Below are positions 56,601-64,000 of a stretch of DNA of 64,000 nt, piece after piece (the stretch's first letter is position 1; each line of letters opens with the position of its first letter). This DNA is from Chitinophagales bacterium (GTDB lineage Bacteria; Bacteroidota; Bacteroidia; Chitinophagales; JABDMM01): NCBI GenBank assembly GCA_013001465.1, contig JABDMM010000123.1, positions 8,845 through 72,844 on the forward strand. The letters run 5' to 3'. The position numbers and the translations under genes were made by a program. Under the pieces are notes generated by a model, which was not told the DNA's origin, made no database searches, and saw only the letters and a list, made by a program, of their open reading frames with translations.

Positions 56601-59295
56601 TTCCACCGGTTACGGTCAAAACCGCTTCACCGGTTTGTTCTCCATTACAATCAACATCGGTAGTTGTCACACTAATGTTAAGATTCTTCTGTTGGATCTG
56701 GAACCTTACAACATTTGTACAAATGTTATTGATAGGATTTCCAAGATTATCGATAGAAGAAGCTCCACCATCAGAGATAGTCACATGATAGATACCAGTT
56801 GTTAAACCAGTTGCTCGTGAAGTAGTCTGTCCTTGAGGATCATCCCACTGGAATGTATAAGGACCGTTACCGGCAAGAACATCTTTCCAATCGTATGGGC
56901 CGTTTCCACCAGAGATTTTAGTTACTTCAGCAAAGCCATCAGCATTACCTGAACAAGTTGCAATTCCATAATACTTATTATAGTCGATAGAATCAACCTT
57001 GTAAATTTTCAAAGATGTATCAGACTGACATTTATTTGCATCAGTAACATCAACTGTGTACCAACCTGGTGCAAGCGACGTGATCGTATTCACATTAAGT
57101 TGTTGCTTACCACCAGACCACTTATAAATAAATGGAGGTGTTCCACCATTAGGTACTGCGATAATCGCACCATCTTTAGCACCATAACAAGTTTCATCAT
57201 ATGCTGTCGTTTTCCAAACAATTTTTGGAGGACTATGAACAACAAGACCAGTATTTGGTGAATAAGTACATCCGTTTTGATCTGTCACTGTAACTTTATA
57301 TTTACCGGCAGCAACATTTTTAACAATAGCACCAGGAGTTCCAGATTGTTTTGGTCCATCCCAGCTGAATGTATAAGGTGCTTTACCACCGGTAACATTG
57401 TCAACTCTGATTTTACCATCTTTAACTCCGTAGCAGCTAACGGTGTCTGAGCTAAGTTGAACACTGAATTTCGCAGGCTCTGTGATTGTAACACAAGCCG
57501 TTTCAGAACAACCGTTTGCATCGATTACTGTAACACAGTATGGGCCTGCAGCAAGGTTATCATTTTTCCTTGTGATCGAACCATTGTTTGACCAAATAAA
57601 CTTGAACGGTTTCTTACCACCATTCACAGTAACTTTAGCAGATCCGTCTTGTCCGTTAGGACATGTTACATTGTCATAATCCATCTTCAATACTATTGGA
57701 TAATCGATAAGATCTATCTCTTTCATGATCATACAACCATTAGCATCAGTAACGATTACTTTATAATGGCCACCTGATAATCCAAATATAGTATCTGTAG
57801 TTCCAACAGTATCTATAGTCGTAACAAGATTGGTGGTTCCCCCCAACTTACTTACGTCTTCTGTTGTTATTTTCAGCCATAAATATTCGTAAGGCTTTGT
57901 TCCACCTGAAGGTGTAACAGTAGCTTTACCATCCATAGGACCGACACATGGAGTTACACCCATGCCTTCTATTTTAGCTTTCAGTCTTGTAGGTTCAGTA
58001 ATGGTATCTGTTGCCATGGCGACACAACCATTATCGTCCACTGCCATCACACTATAGATACCCCACTTTAATTTAGTAGCATTTACAGGTCCGGTATATG
58101 CAAACAGAGGAGAGAATGAACCTCCATTTCTATTGTACTTGTACTCATAATCTGCAGTACCACCTTTAATTATAAGATCTGCAGTACCATCTCTTGCGCC
58201 AAAACAAGTAATATCTGTCGTCGATAAATTCACCTGTAATTGTGTAGGTTCTTCCACTAATACCGTTCCGGCTACAGTACAACCATTTCCGTCTGTAACT
58301 GTCACAGAATGTGATCCGGCACAAAGGTCATCTGCAGTTGCAGAAGATTGTCCATCTCCCCATTTGTAAGAATAAGGTAATGTTCCTCCGGCAGCTGTAG
58401 CAGTAGCTGAACCGTCACAAGAATCAAAACATAACGTTTCAGTTGAAGTTAATCCAACAGTTAATGGATCTGGCTCACCGATGTAAACCGATTCAACAAC
58501 TGAACAACCAGTTGTATTCGTTATTGTAACTGAATACTTTCCTTCGCAAAGACCTAGCGCGATAGGAAGTGTTGATCCGGTACTCCAAACGTAGCTGTAT
58601 GTTCCGGATGGATTTGGTGCAATCGAAGCAGCACCATCACAAAATCCGTCGCAACTCGCATCAATTGTTGTTACTTTAACTGCAAAACATGGAGCGGGAG
58701 GATTTGTATTTTGATCCTGACCGATAAGAACAGAAGAACTTTGTGTACAACCGTTATCGTCTGTCACTGTTAATGAATACGTTCCGGCAGCTTTGCCAAA
58801 AATGTCTTCAGTAATTTCTCCGCTGGACCAAAGATAGCTCAATGGTGGATTCCCTCCACTGATTGTAGCATCTGCCGATCCATTCAAAGCTCCGGGAGCA
58901 GTTTCATTTACAGAAGTAAATGAAATAATGATCTTGGGTGGTTGAATAACTGTAGCAGCTCCGGGAACAAGACATCCGGTTGCATCGGTTACAGTTACAA
59001 AATAAGTACCACCGGTTAGTCCGGTAGCTTTCGAGGTTACTTGTGAACCGGCATTCACATCCCACTGAAAAGTGTAGGGAGGTACTCCGTTTTTCACATT
59101 TACAACTTCCGCATATCCATTGTTGTCACCGTTACAAACCAATGTACTGGCACTCGTGTGCACAGATCTGGCAGGTGTACAAGGATTAGCGATCGCCGCC
59201 TCAGAGGTCAAGGTTTTTGCATTCCCCTCAACTGTGAATGTCAAACACAACATCATTGCGCTTAACATCCAAATCATAATGTTTCGCTTTTTCAT
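53641..59295 (-). CDS. giant SprB-repeat cell-surface protein with type-A T9SS C-terminal domain
   Basis: 1884 aa with a signal peptide. About 21 modules of the form C.G..DG.a.v...GG..PY.y.W....t..tgL.aG.Y.vtvtD.nGC. C-terminal VNVYPNPFSTQANLVV...GVYVYRITS. Confidence 0.85.
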   Translation of the reverse strand: MKKRNIMIWMLSAMMLCLTFTVEGNAKTLTSEAAIANPCTPARSVHTSASTLVCNGDNNGYAEVVNVKNGVPPYTFQWDVNAGSQVTSKATGLTGGTYFVTVTDATGCLVPGAATVIQPPKIIISFTSVNETAPGALNGSADATISGGNPPLSYLWSSGEITEDIFGKAAGTYSLTVTDDNGCTQSSSVLIGQDQNTNPPAPCFAVKVTTIDASCDGFCDGAASIAPNPSGTYSYVWSTGSTLPIALGLCEGKYSVTITNTTGCSVVESVYIGEPDPLTVGLTSTETLCFDSCDGSATATAAGGTLPYSYKWGDGQSSATADDLCAGSHSVTVTDGNGCTVAGTVLVEEPTQLQVNLSTTDITCFGARDGTADLIIKGGTADYEYKYNRNGGSFSPLFAYTGPVNATKLKWGIYSVMAVDDNGCVAMATDTITEPTRLKAKIEGMGVTPCVGPMDGKATVTPSGGTKPYEYLWLKITTEDVSKLGGTTNLVTTIDTVGTTDTIFGLSGGHYKVIVTDANGCMIMKEIDLIDYPIVLKMDYDNVTCPNGQDGSAKVTVNGGKKPFKFIWSNNGSITRKNDNLAAGPYCVTVIDANGCSETACVTITEPAKFSVQLSSDTVSCYGVKDGKIRVDNVTGGKAPYTFSWDGPKQSGTPGAIVKNVAAGKYKVTVTDQNGCTYSPNTGLVVHSPPKIVWKTTAYDETCYGAKDGAIIAVPNGGTPPFIYKWSGGKQQLNVNTITSLAPGWYTVDVTDANKCQSDTSLKIYKVDSIDYNKYYGIATCSGNADGFAEVTKISGGNGPYDWKDVLAGNGPYTFQWDDPQGQTTSRATGLTTGIYHVTISDGGASSIDNLGNPINNICTNVVRFQIQQKNLNISVTTTDVDCNGEQTGEAVLTVTGGNGPFKYIWSNFGSITNTVSNLKAGNYGVTVTDVNGCSESLTFTINENPAINYVTSSVDASCYSYNDGELHVDQVTGGKSPYTFYWSGFSFGGSQPQPSGGPGMGAHHKNVSAGKYKVTVTDQLGCTVTSNIPVIVSEPGKIYFNPDVYNASCHDSKDGAINLNPKGGTPPYLYWWSGGTQMVKPSLVTSLKAGYYTVSITDANKCTTDTTIKIKDPKRIDFNIDMLKASCFGFADGEASVSKVTGGNPAPFKTPPYSYLWSDPAAQTTSTATGLAAGWYYVTVFDKGAQSVDDLGNITHVLCHTVDSIKIIQNNLQLSITGKDITCNGGQDGEATVTVTGNKGPLKYIWSNFAVPGQTISGVAAGTYTVTVIDENGCSNSISITLTEPAPMSVTTSSNPVSCYDGSDGELLITSVAGGKAPYTFDWSSGDSGPIVKGLGAGKYKVTVTDQNGCTLSPNTPTIITQPKKIKWHALKADVSCYGAHDGAAFAQALGGTPPFIYWWSGGTQISSPNLITSLAPGKYQVSVVDANKCPADTFINIEEPDTIQIDDVITTKVLCTGTSTGTGEIILKYGKPSAPKTSSAGGNGGPYSFKWDDPQGQTTSKATGLAAGFYHVTVTDKGTVKATNSGTLVATKCIQVVKVQIKQNPPLKVEVDPTDVSCHGLQDGSAKAIVINNSKGGIKYLWSNYGSTTSTLTGLAAGTYSITITDADGCAASDTFEILEPAPLSATLFTDSVSCFGLNDGTVGVSKVHGGTAPYTFQWSPNTGGATTPVVKGLQANHYSVTITDQSGCTYTDAVNLYEPANILLVGGSNPATICSPQCNGVATVAALSGGSGFTYVWDNKITGSILTAVCPGSYTVTVTNSKGCSNSLKVTVADSCKPGAGAKTISSTTVDHSSNLEVNVYPNPFSTQANLVVTSDEDMDINVELFDINGKVVQKLMDQSIESGLEYNVVIERGNLSEGVYVYRITSNGAVQDWGRLIISK
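54421..57477 (-). repeat. three tandem ~1.02-kb coding super-repeats (each = four SprB-type modules)
   Basis: The units cover residues 607-944, 945-1285 and 1286-1625 (nt 57477-56464, 56463-55441, 55440-54421). Each starts EPA(K/I/P).. and carries the same ordered motifs: GGKxPYTF.W, KYKVTVTDQxGCT, GGTPP(F/Y)xYxWSGG, DANKC, QTTSxATGL, KYIWSN(F/Y). Confidence 0.8.
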
Positions 59296-59328
59296 ACTTA
59301 AGGTTTTTAGTCAAAGATTTCAATAAGT

Positions 59329-59352
59329 GACTTATATATTTAAATATAAGTC
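59329..59352. promoter_or_regulatory. 9-bp inverted repeat in the leader/promoter region of the giant SprB-repeat gene
   Basis: GACTTATAT (59329-59337), spacer ATTTAA, ATATAAGTC (59344-59352). It lies 34 nt upstream of the ATG at 59295. Confidence 0.3.
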
Positions 59353-59787
59353 ATAAATACACTTTAAAATTATGTAAAAAAAATGATAATACAATATAAT
59401 ACAAATAAAAATTTAAATAAATTCTCTTTTTTTTAAATAAGAAACGTAATGCTAAGTTAATCTATTAAATGGTGAAACCATTATTTATATTAATTTAATT
59501 CCTATGAAAGGTGGTGATGTGATTTGCTTTTGCTAATGGCTGAAAACGTAATCGTTAAGAATATTTATTATTAAAATAAATAATTCTCATGTTCAAATTT
59601 CGGAATTCATTTCGTTATATACAAATATAACGTATTAAAAATACAAATAAAATATAAACAATATCGGAAAGCCTTTAAAGATAAGTGCTTCAGCCTTTAA
59701 CTTTCTTTCTACAAAGACCATCTCAATTCTTCGGATCTCAATAAAATTTCAAAGTTTGAAATTATCCCATAATTTGCTAAATTACTG

Positions 59788-60318
59788 GTGATTATGTCGG
59801 AAAACTTCAATTTATCACATTGTATCCAGATTTTATCCCATTCTCCTATGGTTATTAAAGAATTATTATGTGATCTGGATCTCTCCTGGACGAATACTAA
59901 TGAAGGAGAAGAGTCCTGGTCTCCTTCTCAGATCCTGGCACATCTCATTTATGGAGAGAAAACCGATTGGATCCCTCGCGCTCGCATCATACTTAATGGA
60001 GGCGGTGTTTTCGACGCGTTTGATCGCTTTGCGCACCTGGATATGAATCGTTCAGTGGATTTATTGCTTATTGAGTTCGAGGAACTGAGATCTGTTAATA
60101 TCGATACGCTTCAGTCCTGGGATCTTTCTCCAGATGAGCTTCGTCTTAAAGGTAATCATCCCGATTTTGGACCGGTGACTTTACAGGAACTAATCGCAAC
60201 CTGGACAGTTCACGATCTGGTACATATCAACCAAATGACCAGAGTGATGGCAAAATATTATAAAGATGAAATTGGTCCGTTCAAAAACTATATCTCTCTT
60301 TTGAAGTCCGTAGATTGA
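59788..60318 (+). CDS. DinB-family (four-helix bundle) protein
   Basis: 176 aa. WSPSQILAHLIYGE... and TWTVHDLVHINQ carry the His residues typical of the DinB/YfiT fold. The ORF-track start is GTG 59788; ATG at 59794 is an equally plausible start. Confidence 0.7.
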   Translation: MIMSENFNLSHCIQILSHSPMVIKELLCDLDLSWTNTNEGEESWSPSQILAHLIYGEKTDWIPRARIILNGGGVFDAFDRFAHLDMNRSVDLLLIEFEELRSVNIDTLQSWDLSPDELRLKGNHPDFGPVTLQELIATWTVHDLVHINQMTRVMAKYYKDEIGPFKNYISLLKSVD

Positions 60319-61290
60319 TCAGTAGCCAAGGATATATGCAAAAATTAATGGTGCTGCTATTGTAGCATCGGATTCGATTATAAATCGTGGAGTATCAGTA
60401 GCTAATTTACCCCATGTGATCTTCTCATTAGGTACCGCACCGGAATATGAGCCGTAACTGGTGGTTGAGTCGCTGATCTGACAGAAATAAGACCAGACCG
60501 GAATATTATCCTTACCTAGGTCTTGGTGCAACATCGGTACCACACAGATAGGGAAGTCGCCGGCAATTCCTCCTCCAATTTGAAAAAAGCCTATTCCACC
60601 TTCACCGCAGTTATTTTCATACCAGTTTGAAAGTTCGATCATATATTCTATTCCGCTTTTCATTGTAGCCGGACTCAATACTTTCTGGATACAATGCGAA
60701 GCAAAGAAATTACCACAAGTGGAATCTTCCCAACCGGGAACTACGATCGGTAGATCTTTTTCCGCAGCAGCCAGCAACCAACTATCTTTTGGGTCGATCT
60801 GATATTTCTCTTCTAGTTCACCACTTTTCAGAATTTGGTAGAAATATTGGTGAGGAAAATATCGTTCACCACTGCTCTCTGCAGCCTTCCACCGATCCAC
60901 CAAATGCTTCTCAATTTTACGCATCGCCTCTTCTTCCGGAATGCAGGTATCGGTGACTCTGTTAAAATGATTTTTGAGCAGATCATTTTCTTGATCTGGA
61001 GAAAGCTCACGATAGTTTGGGATTCTTTTATAATGCTTATGAGCAACCAGGTTGAAAACATCTTCTTCAAGATTTGCTCCTGTGCAACTGATGATATCGA
61101 CTTTATCCTTCCTGATCATTTCGGCAAGAGATTTCCCCAGTTCTGCAGTACTCATAGCTCCTGCCAGGGTGATCATCATTTTATTCCCATTCACTATCTG
61201 CTGATTATATGCAACAGCAGCATCAACAAGGCTGGCGGCATTGAAATGCTTGAAATGTTTCTCAATAAATTTAGAAATCGTCTTTTCCAT
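60319..61290 (-). CDS. deoxyhypusine synthase-like protein (possible homospermidine-type aminobutyl transferase)
   Basis: 323 aa. Bacterial DHS-family layout (TLAGAMSTAELG, DIISCTGANLEED, FFQIGGGIAGDF). Located 3 nt downstream of the arginine decarboxylase gene. Confidence 0.8.
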   Translation of the reverse strand: MEKTISKFIEKHFKHFNAASLVDAAVAYNQQIVNGNKMMITLAGAMSTAELGKSLAEMIRKDKVDIISCTGANLEEDVFNLVAHKHYKRIPNYRELSPDQENDLLKNHFNRVTDTCIPEEEAMRKIEKHLVDRWKAAESSGERYFPHQYFYQILKSGELEEKYQIDPKDSWLLAAAEKDLPIVVPGWEDSTCGNFFASHCIQKVLSPATMKSGIEYMIELSNWYENNCGEGGIGFFQIGGGIAGDFPICVVPMLHQDLGKDNIPVWSYFCQISDSTTSYGSYSGAVPNEKITWGKLATDTPRFIIESDATIAAPLIFAYILGY

Positions 61291-61293
61291 AAT

Positions 61294-62718
61294 TTATTCC
61301 TCCTTCTTGATCTCATATCCCAGGATCTCCAGCATCTCTTCCACTTTCTGTTCATGGCGGTATACTGTATCGATGAAGTTCCCCTTTTTATCTCTGTCAA
61401 TAATGATATGTTTAGGAGAGGGTATCAGGCAATGCTTGATACCTCCATAGCCACTGATCGCATCTTGATATGCTCCTGTGTGAAAAAACCCAACATACAA
61501 AGGTTCTTTAGCATTGGCTTCATAAACAGGCAGGTTTACTTCCTGATTTAACTCATCTGAATTATAATAATCATGGTGATCACAACTTATCCCACCTATA
61601 TTCACTCTTGTGTATTTGTTCTCCCACTTGTTCACAGGCAATAGTATGAACTTTTCAAAAATCGAATAAGCATCCGGTATGGTATTGATAAGACTGTTGT
61701 CTATCATGTACCAAAGCTCCTTATCGTTTTGCTTTTTTTGTTCTAATACTTTAAAGATATTTGCTCCACTTTCTCCTACGGTGTATTTACCGAACTCCGT
61801 GAATATATTCGGATCCGGGATCTTGTTTTCACTGCAAACCTGCTTAATATTTCCGATGATCTCATTGATCATATAGTTATAGTCATAATCAAATCCCAAA
61901 GTATTCCTGATTGGGAAACCTCCGCCGATATTCAGATCGTTCATTTTTGGGGCGATCTTTTTCAGATCCACATACATTTTTATCGCTTTTTGAAAAATTC
62001 CCCAATAATACATGTTATCCTTGATCCCGGTGTCGACAAAGAAATGCAGCATCTTCAGTTCATACCTGTCGTTATCTACAATAGAATTCTTAACAAACTC
62101 CATCACCTCATTTTGCCTTATCCCTAATCGAGAGGTATAGTATGCAGATTTAGGAGACTCATCGATCGCCATCCGTAAACCAAGCTTGATCTTTTTCTTA
62201 AACCTTCTTGTCTTTTTGGAGATCCTGCTCAGTTCGTTTTTTGAGTCCAATACAATGATGCTATTCTTAAATCCCTCGCGTAACAAGATCAGGATCTTTT
62301 CCAGGTAATCATCTGTTTTATAACCATTGTGAATTATAATAGTGGATTTATTGATATCACCGTCTCTCCAGAGTTTTAATATCAGATCGATATCGAACGA
62401 AGAAGACGTTTCTAAATGTGTCCCTTCTTTTAAAGCTTTTTTGATGACCGGTGAAAAGTGACAACACTTTGTACAATAGCAATAGTAATATTCGCCATTG
62501 TATTTATGCTTTTTGATCGCCCTGTTAAAAAGGTTTTTGGCTTTTTTGATCTGATCCGAGATCCTTGGCAGATAGATCAGCTTAAATGGTGTTTCGTATT
62601 TATCGATCAGATACTTTAATGACACCCCATGAAATGTCAAATATCCATCCTGAATGTCGAATCCATCCTGCGGAAAATAGTAGCTCTGGTCAACCAGATC
62701 GAAGTAGGTGTTCTTCAA
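61294..62718 (-). CDS. speA: arginine decarboxylase-type PLP enzyme (fold-type III, short form)
   Basis: 474 aa. PLP-Lys context YCYCTKCC. Phosphate-binding LNIGGGFPIR. GGISCDHHD active-site Cys region. Confidence 0.75.
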   Translation of the reverse strand: MKNTYFDLVDQSYYFPQDGFDIQDGYLTFHGVSLKYLIDKYETPFKLIYLPRISDQIKKAKNLFNRAIKKHKYNGEYYYCYCTKCCHFSPVIKKALKEGTHLETSSSFDIDLILKLWRDGDINKSTIIIHNGYKTDDYLEKILILLREGFKNSIIVLDSKNELSRISKKTRRFKKKIKLGLRMAIDESPKSAYYTSRLGIRQNEVMEFVKNSIVDNDRYELKMLHFFVDTGIKDNMYYWGIFQKAIKMYVDLKKIAPKMNDLNIGGGFPIRNTLGFDYDYNYMINEIIGNIKQVCSENKIPDPNIFTEFGKYTVGESGANIFKVLEQKKQNDKELWYMIDNSLINTIPDAYSIFEKFILLPVNKWENKYTRVNIGGISCDHHDYYNSDELNQEVNLPVYEANAKEPLYVGFFHTGAYQDAISGYGGIKHCLIPSPKHIIIDRDKKGNFIDTVYRHEQKVEEMLEILGYEIKKEE

Positions 62719-62790
62719 TGTCTTTGTTGAAAAAACAGTTAGTAAAAAATCCGGCTAAAGATAAAAACTTAAGTAAAAAGAAAGGGAGTT

Positions 62791-62820
62791 CCGGTGCCGA
62801 AATTTTGGCTTCGACACCGG
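62791..62820 (-). terminator. candidate terminator hairpin after the partial T9SS cargo gene
   Basis: 11-bp stem CCGGTGCCGAA / TTCGACACCGG with one C-A mismatch and an 8-nt loop. On the minus strand it is followed by CTTTCTTTTT. Confidence 0.4.
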
Positions 62821-62846
62821 CTTAAGTATGAAAATTACACTCTCCT

Positions 62847-64000
62847 TTAATCGATTATCAGTGGCTTACTTGATGCTGAAATTTCATTTGTGACTTTCAA
62901 AATGTAAAAGCCTGAATCCAGCTCGCTGATGTCGAGTGTACTGGTGAATTCAGAACGTATAATTTCTTTACCCTGTGCATCAATTACGCTTACCCATAAT
63001 GGATCCGAAAGTTCAGTTTCTATGGTTACCATATTGGTTGCCGGGTTTGGAAAAACTGTAGTTTTCTCAATTTTGGCTGGTTCTGATCTTTTAGCTGAAA
63101 GGGTTTGGAATGAATTGATCCATGAAGAGGCGGGGTCTGAAAAAACGTTCATTCCGCAGTTTTGCAGGATCATCCAATGATATGATACTGATGCACCCAG
63201 ATCTTTTACAATGTGATCCATTTGTTTAGGATTTGGAATATCAATTAACATTAAATTACTGCTGCCATTGATACTGCCGATAATTCTATAGCCATGATCA
63301 TTGTTAGCTGATGGCGTCCAGTTTAACTGCGCCTGAGATTCCGTGATATCATGAGTAAACGTATTTTGAACGGGCGGACAAATCGTAAAGTCTTTTACCG
63401 CAGACCATGGTCCACTAAGTAATTCATTCTTATCACAATGCGGTCGGATCATCCACTGATATGTGTTATGTGGATCTACATTCTGTATGATATGCGATGT
63501 GGCAGAACTGCTTAAACTGATCTTGACTATTGCACTCTTTGTCGGCGCTATCTGCCTTCCATTTATCTCGTAGTGGTCGACTTCTGGAACCATATCCCAA
63601 TCTAACTGCACTTCGGTAGGAGAGATCATGGTTACATCGAGTGGTATCGCTTGGGCAAACTTATCACATGGCGCCATTTGCTTCACCAATTTAATTTTCA
63701 TCTCGTTTCCACCTTCTTCAATTACCCAATAATTGTTATCTCCCGGAAGATTTATCTCTGAAAGAAGATTGTCGAGAGTACCATTTGAATTTGTATTCTT
63801 GAACAGGATAAATTCATCACCGATGTTAGGGATAAAATTGCCGGCCAGATTAACGTTTAACTTTCCTCTCAGTTTAGAAACCACTCCTTGAAACTCTATA
63901 TAGTCATTTCCATTAAAGAGTCCAGCTCCATTTGTACCGTGAATGTCAAGCTCAAAACTTTTCACCTTCGCTTGTGAAAAATCATCTATTAAAATGATAT
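62847..64000 (-). CDS. T9SS cargo with Fn3-like modules and type-A C-terminal domain (5' end outside window)
   Basis: The frame stays open beyond the ORF-track GTG at 63965 to the window edge. Two Fn3-like segments (EVQLDWD..., QAQLNWTP...). C-terminal TTVFPNPATNMVTIE...GFYILKVTN. Confidence 0.7.
   Translation of the reverse strand, partial: IILIDDFSQAKVKSFELDIHGTNGAGLFNGNDYIEFQGVVSKLRGKLNVNLAGNFIPNIGDEFILFKNTNSNGTLDNLLSEINLPGDNNYWVIEEGGNEMKIKLVKQMAPCDKFAQAIPLDVTMISPTEVQLDWDMVPEVDHYEINGRQIAPTKSAIVKISLSSSATSHIIQNVDPHNTYQWMIRPHCDKNELLSGPWSAVKDFTICPPVQNTFTHDITESQAQLNWTPSANNDHGYRIIGSINGSSNLMLIDIPNPKQMDHIVKDLGASVSYHWMILQNCGMNVFSDPASSWINSFQTLSAKRSEPAKIEKTTVFPNPATNMVTIETELSDPLWVSVIDAQGKEIIRSEFTSTLDISELDSGFYILKVTNEISASSKPLIID

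Noticed and set aside
59504-59536. Mini-ORF MKGGDVICFC* in the long AT-rich intergenic region
   Set aside because: It has only 10 codons with no supporting start context or conservation evidence. ORFs of this size are expected by chance.
59442-59552. Motif AAACGTAAT occurring twice here (59442-59450, 59544-59552) and once upstream of the 48785 gene (48752-48760)
   Set aside because: I could not exhaustively count its occurrences in coding sequence by eye. With an AT-biased 9-mer in 128 kb of two-strand sequence, a few hits are expected, so significance cannot be established without a computed background.
60835-61551. 238-aa plus-strand ORF spanning the DHS-like and arginine decarboxylase genes
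   Set aside because: It lies entirely antisense to two well-supported genes and crosses their junction. Its composition is low-complexity and Phe/Ile/Leu-rich, typical of shadow ORFs in AT-rich DNA.
1-64000. Search for rRNA, CRISPR-cas, transposases/IS elements, prophage genes, toxin-antitoxin pairs or known defence-system genes
   Set aside because: None of the 60-aa-plus ORFs shows DDE/HUH/integrase, Cas, terminase/capsid, restriction-modification or other defence signatures that I can recognise. No rRNA-like conserved stretches were seen.

Overview
The window is a gene-dense, low-GC stretch of a Bacteroidota chromosome, probably a Flavobacteriia- or Cytophagia-like gliding or T9SS-bearing organism. 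Support for this placement: a PorU/PorV-like type IX secretion pair, five proteins with type-A T9SS C-terminal sorting domains and one with a type-B (CHU_C) domain, SprB-type repeats, and a TAnnTTTG -7 promoter box in front of a tRNA. The housekeeping core is pepA, tyrS, pabB-like, purA, fur-family, relA/spoT, tRNA-Leu(UAG), tig-clpP-clpX, an arginine decarboxylase and a deoxyhypusine-synthase-like gene. I found no rRNA, CRISPR array, transposase, integrase or prophage genes. Three parts look non-routine. (1) At 334-8596 there is a convergent eight-gene cluster. It holds four ATP-dependent carboxylate-amine ligases (a GCS2/YbdK-type ligase, two classical ATP-grasp enzymes, and one circularly permuted or GspS-like ATP-grasp). 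It also holds a class-I GATase-like amidase, an M17 aminopeptidase and two esterases. This is a candidate pathway for an uncharacterised peptide-like or gamma-glutamyl metabolite. (2) At 39102-46727 there is a translationally coupled six-gene operon: four lipoproteins, a Tat-exported alkaline-phosphatase-superfamily (DUF1501-like) protein, and a 1154-aa CUB-domain adhesin with a type-B T9SS domain. (3) At 17929-24119 an unusually long (1694 aa) PorU-like C25 sortase is coupled to a PorV-like barrel. About 40% of the window (about 25 kb) encodes giant repeat-rich surface proteins. One of these is a 1884-aa SprB-repeat protein built around three copies of a roughly 1-kb four-module super-repeat. 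All functional calls come from motif recognition by eye on the supplied translations. No database search was run.
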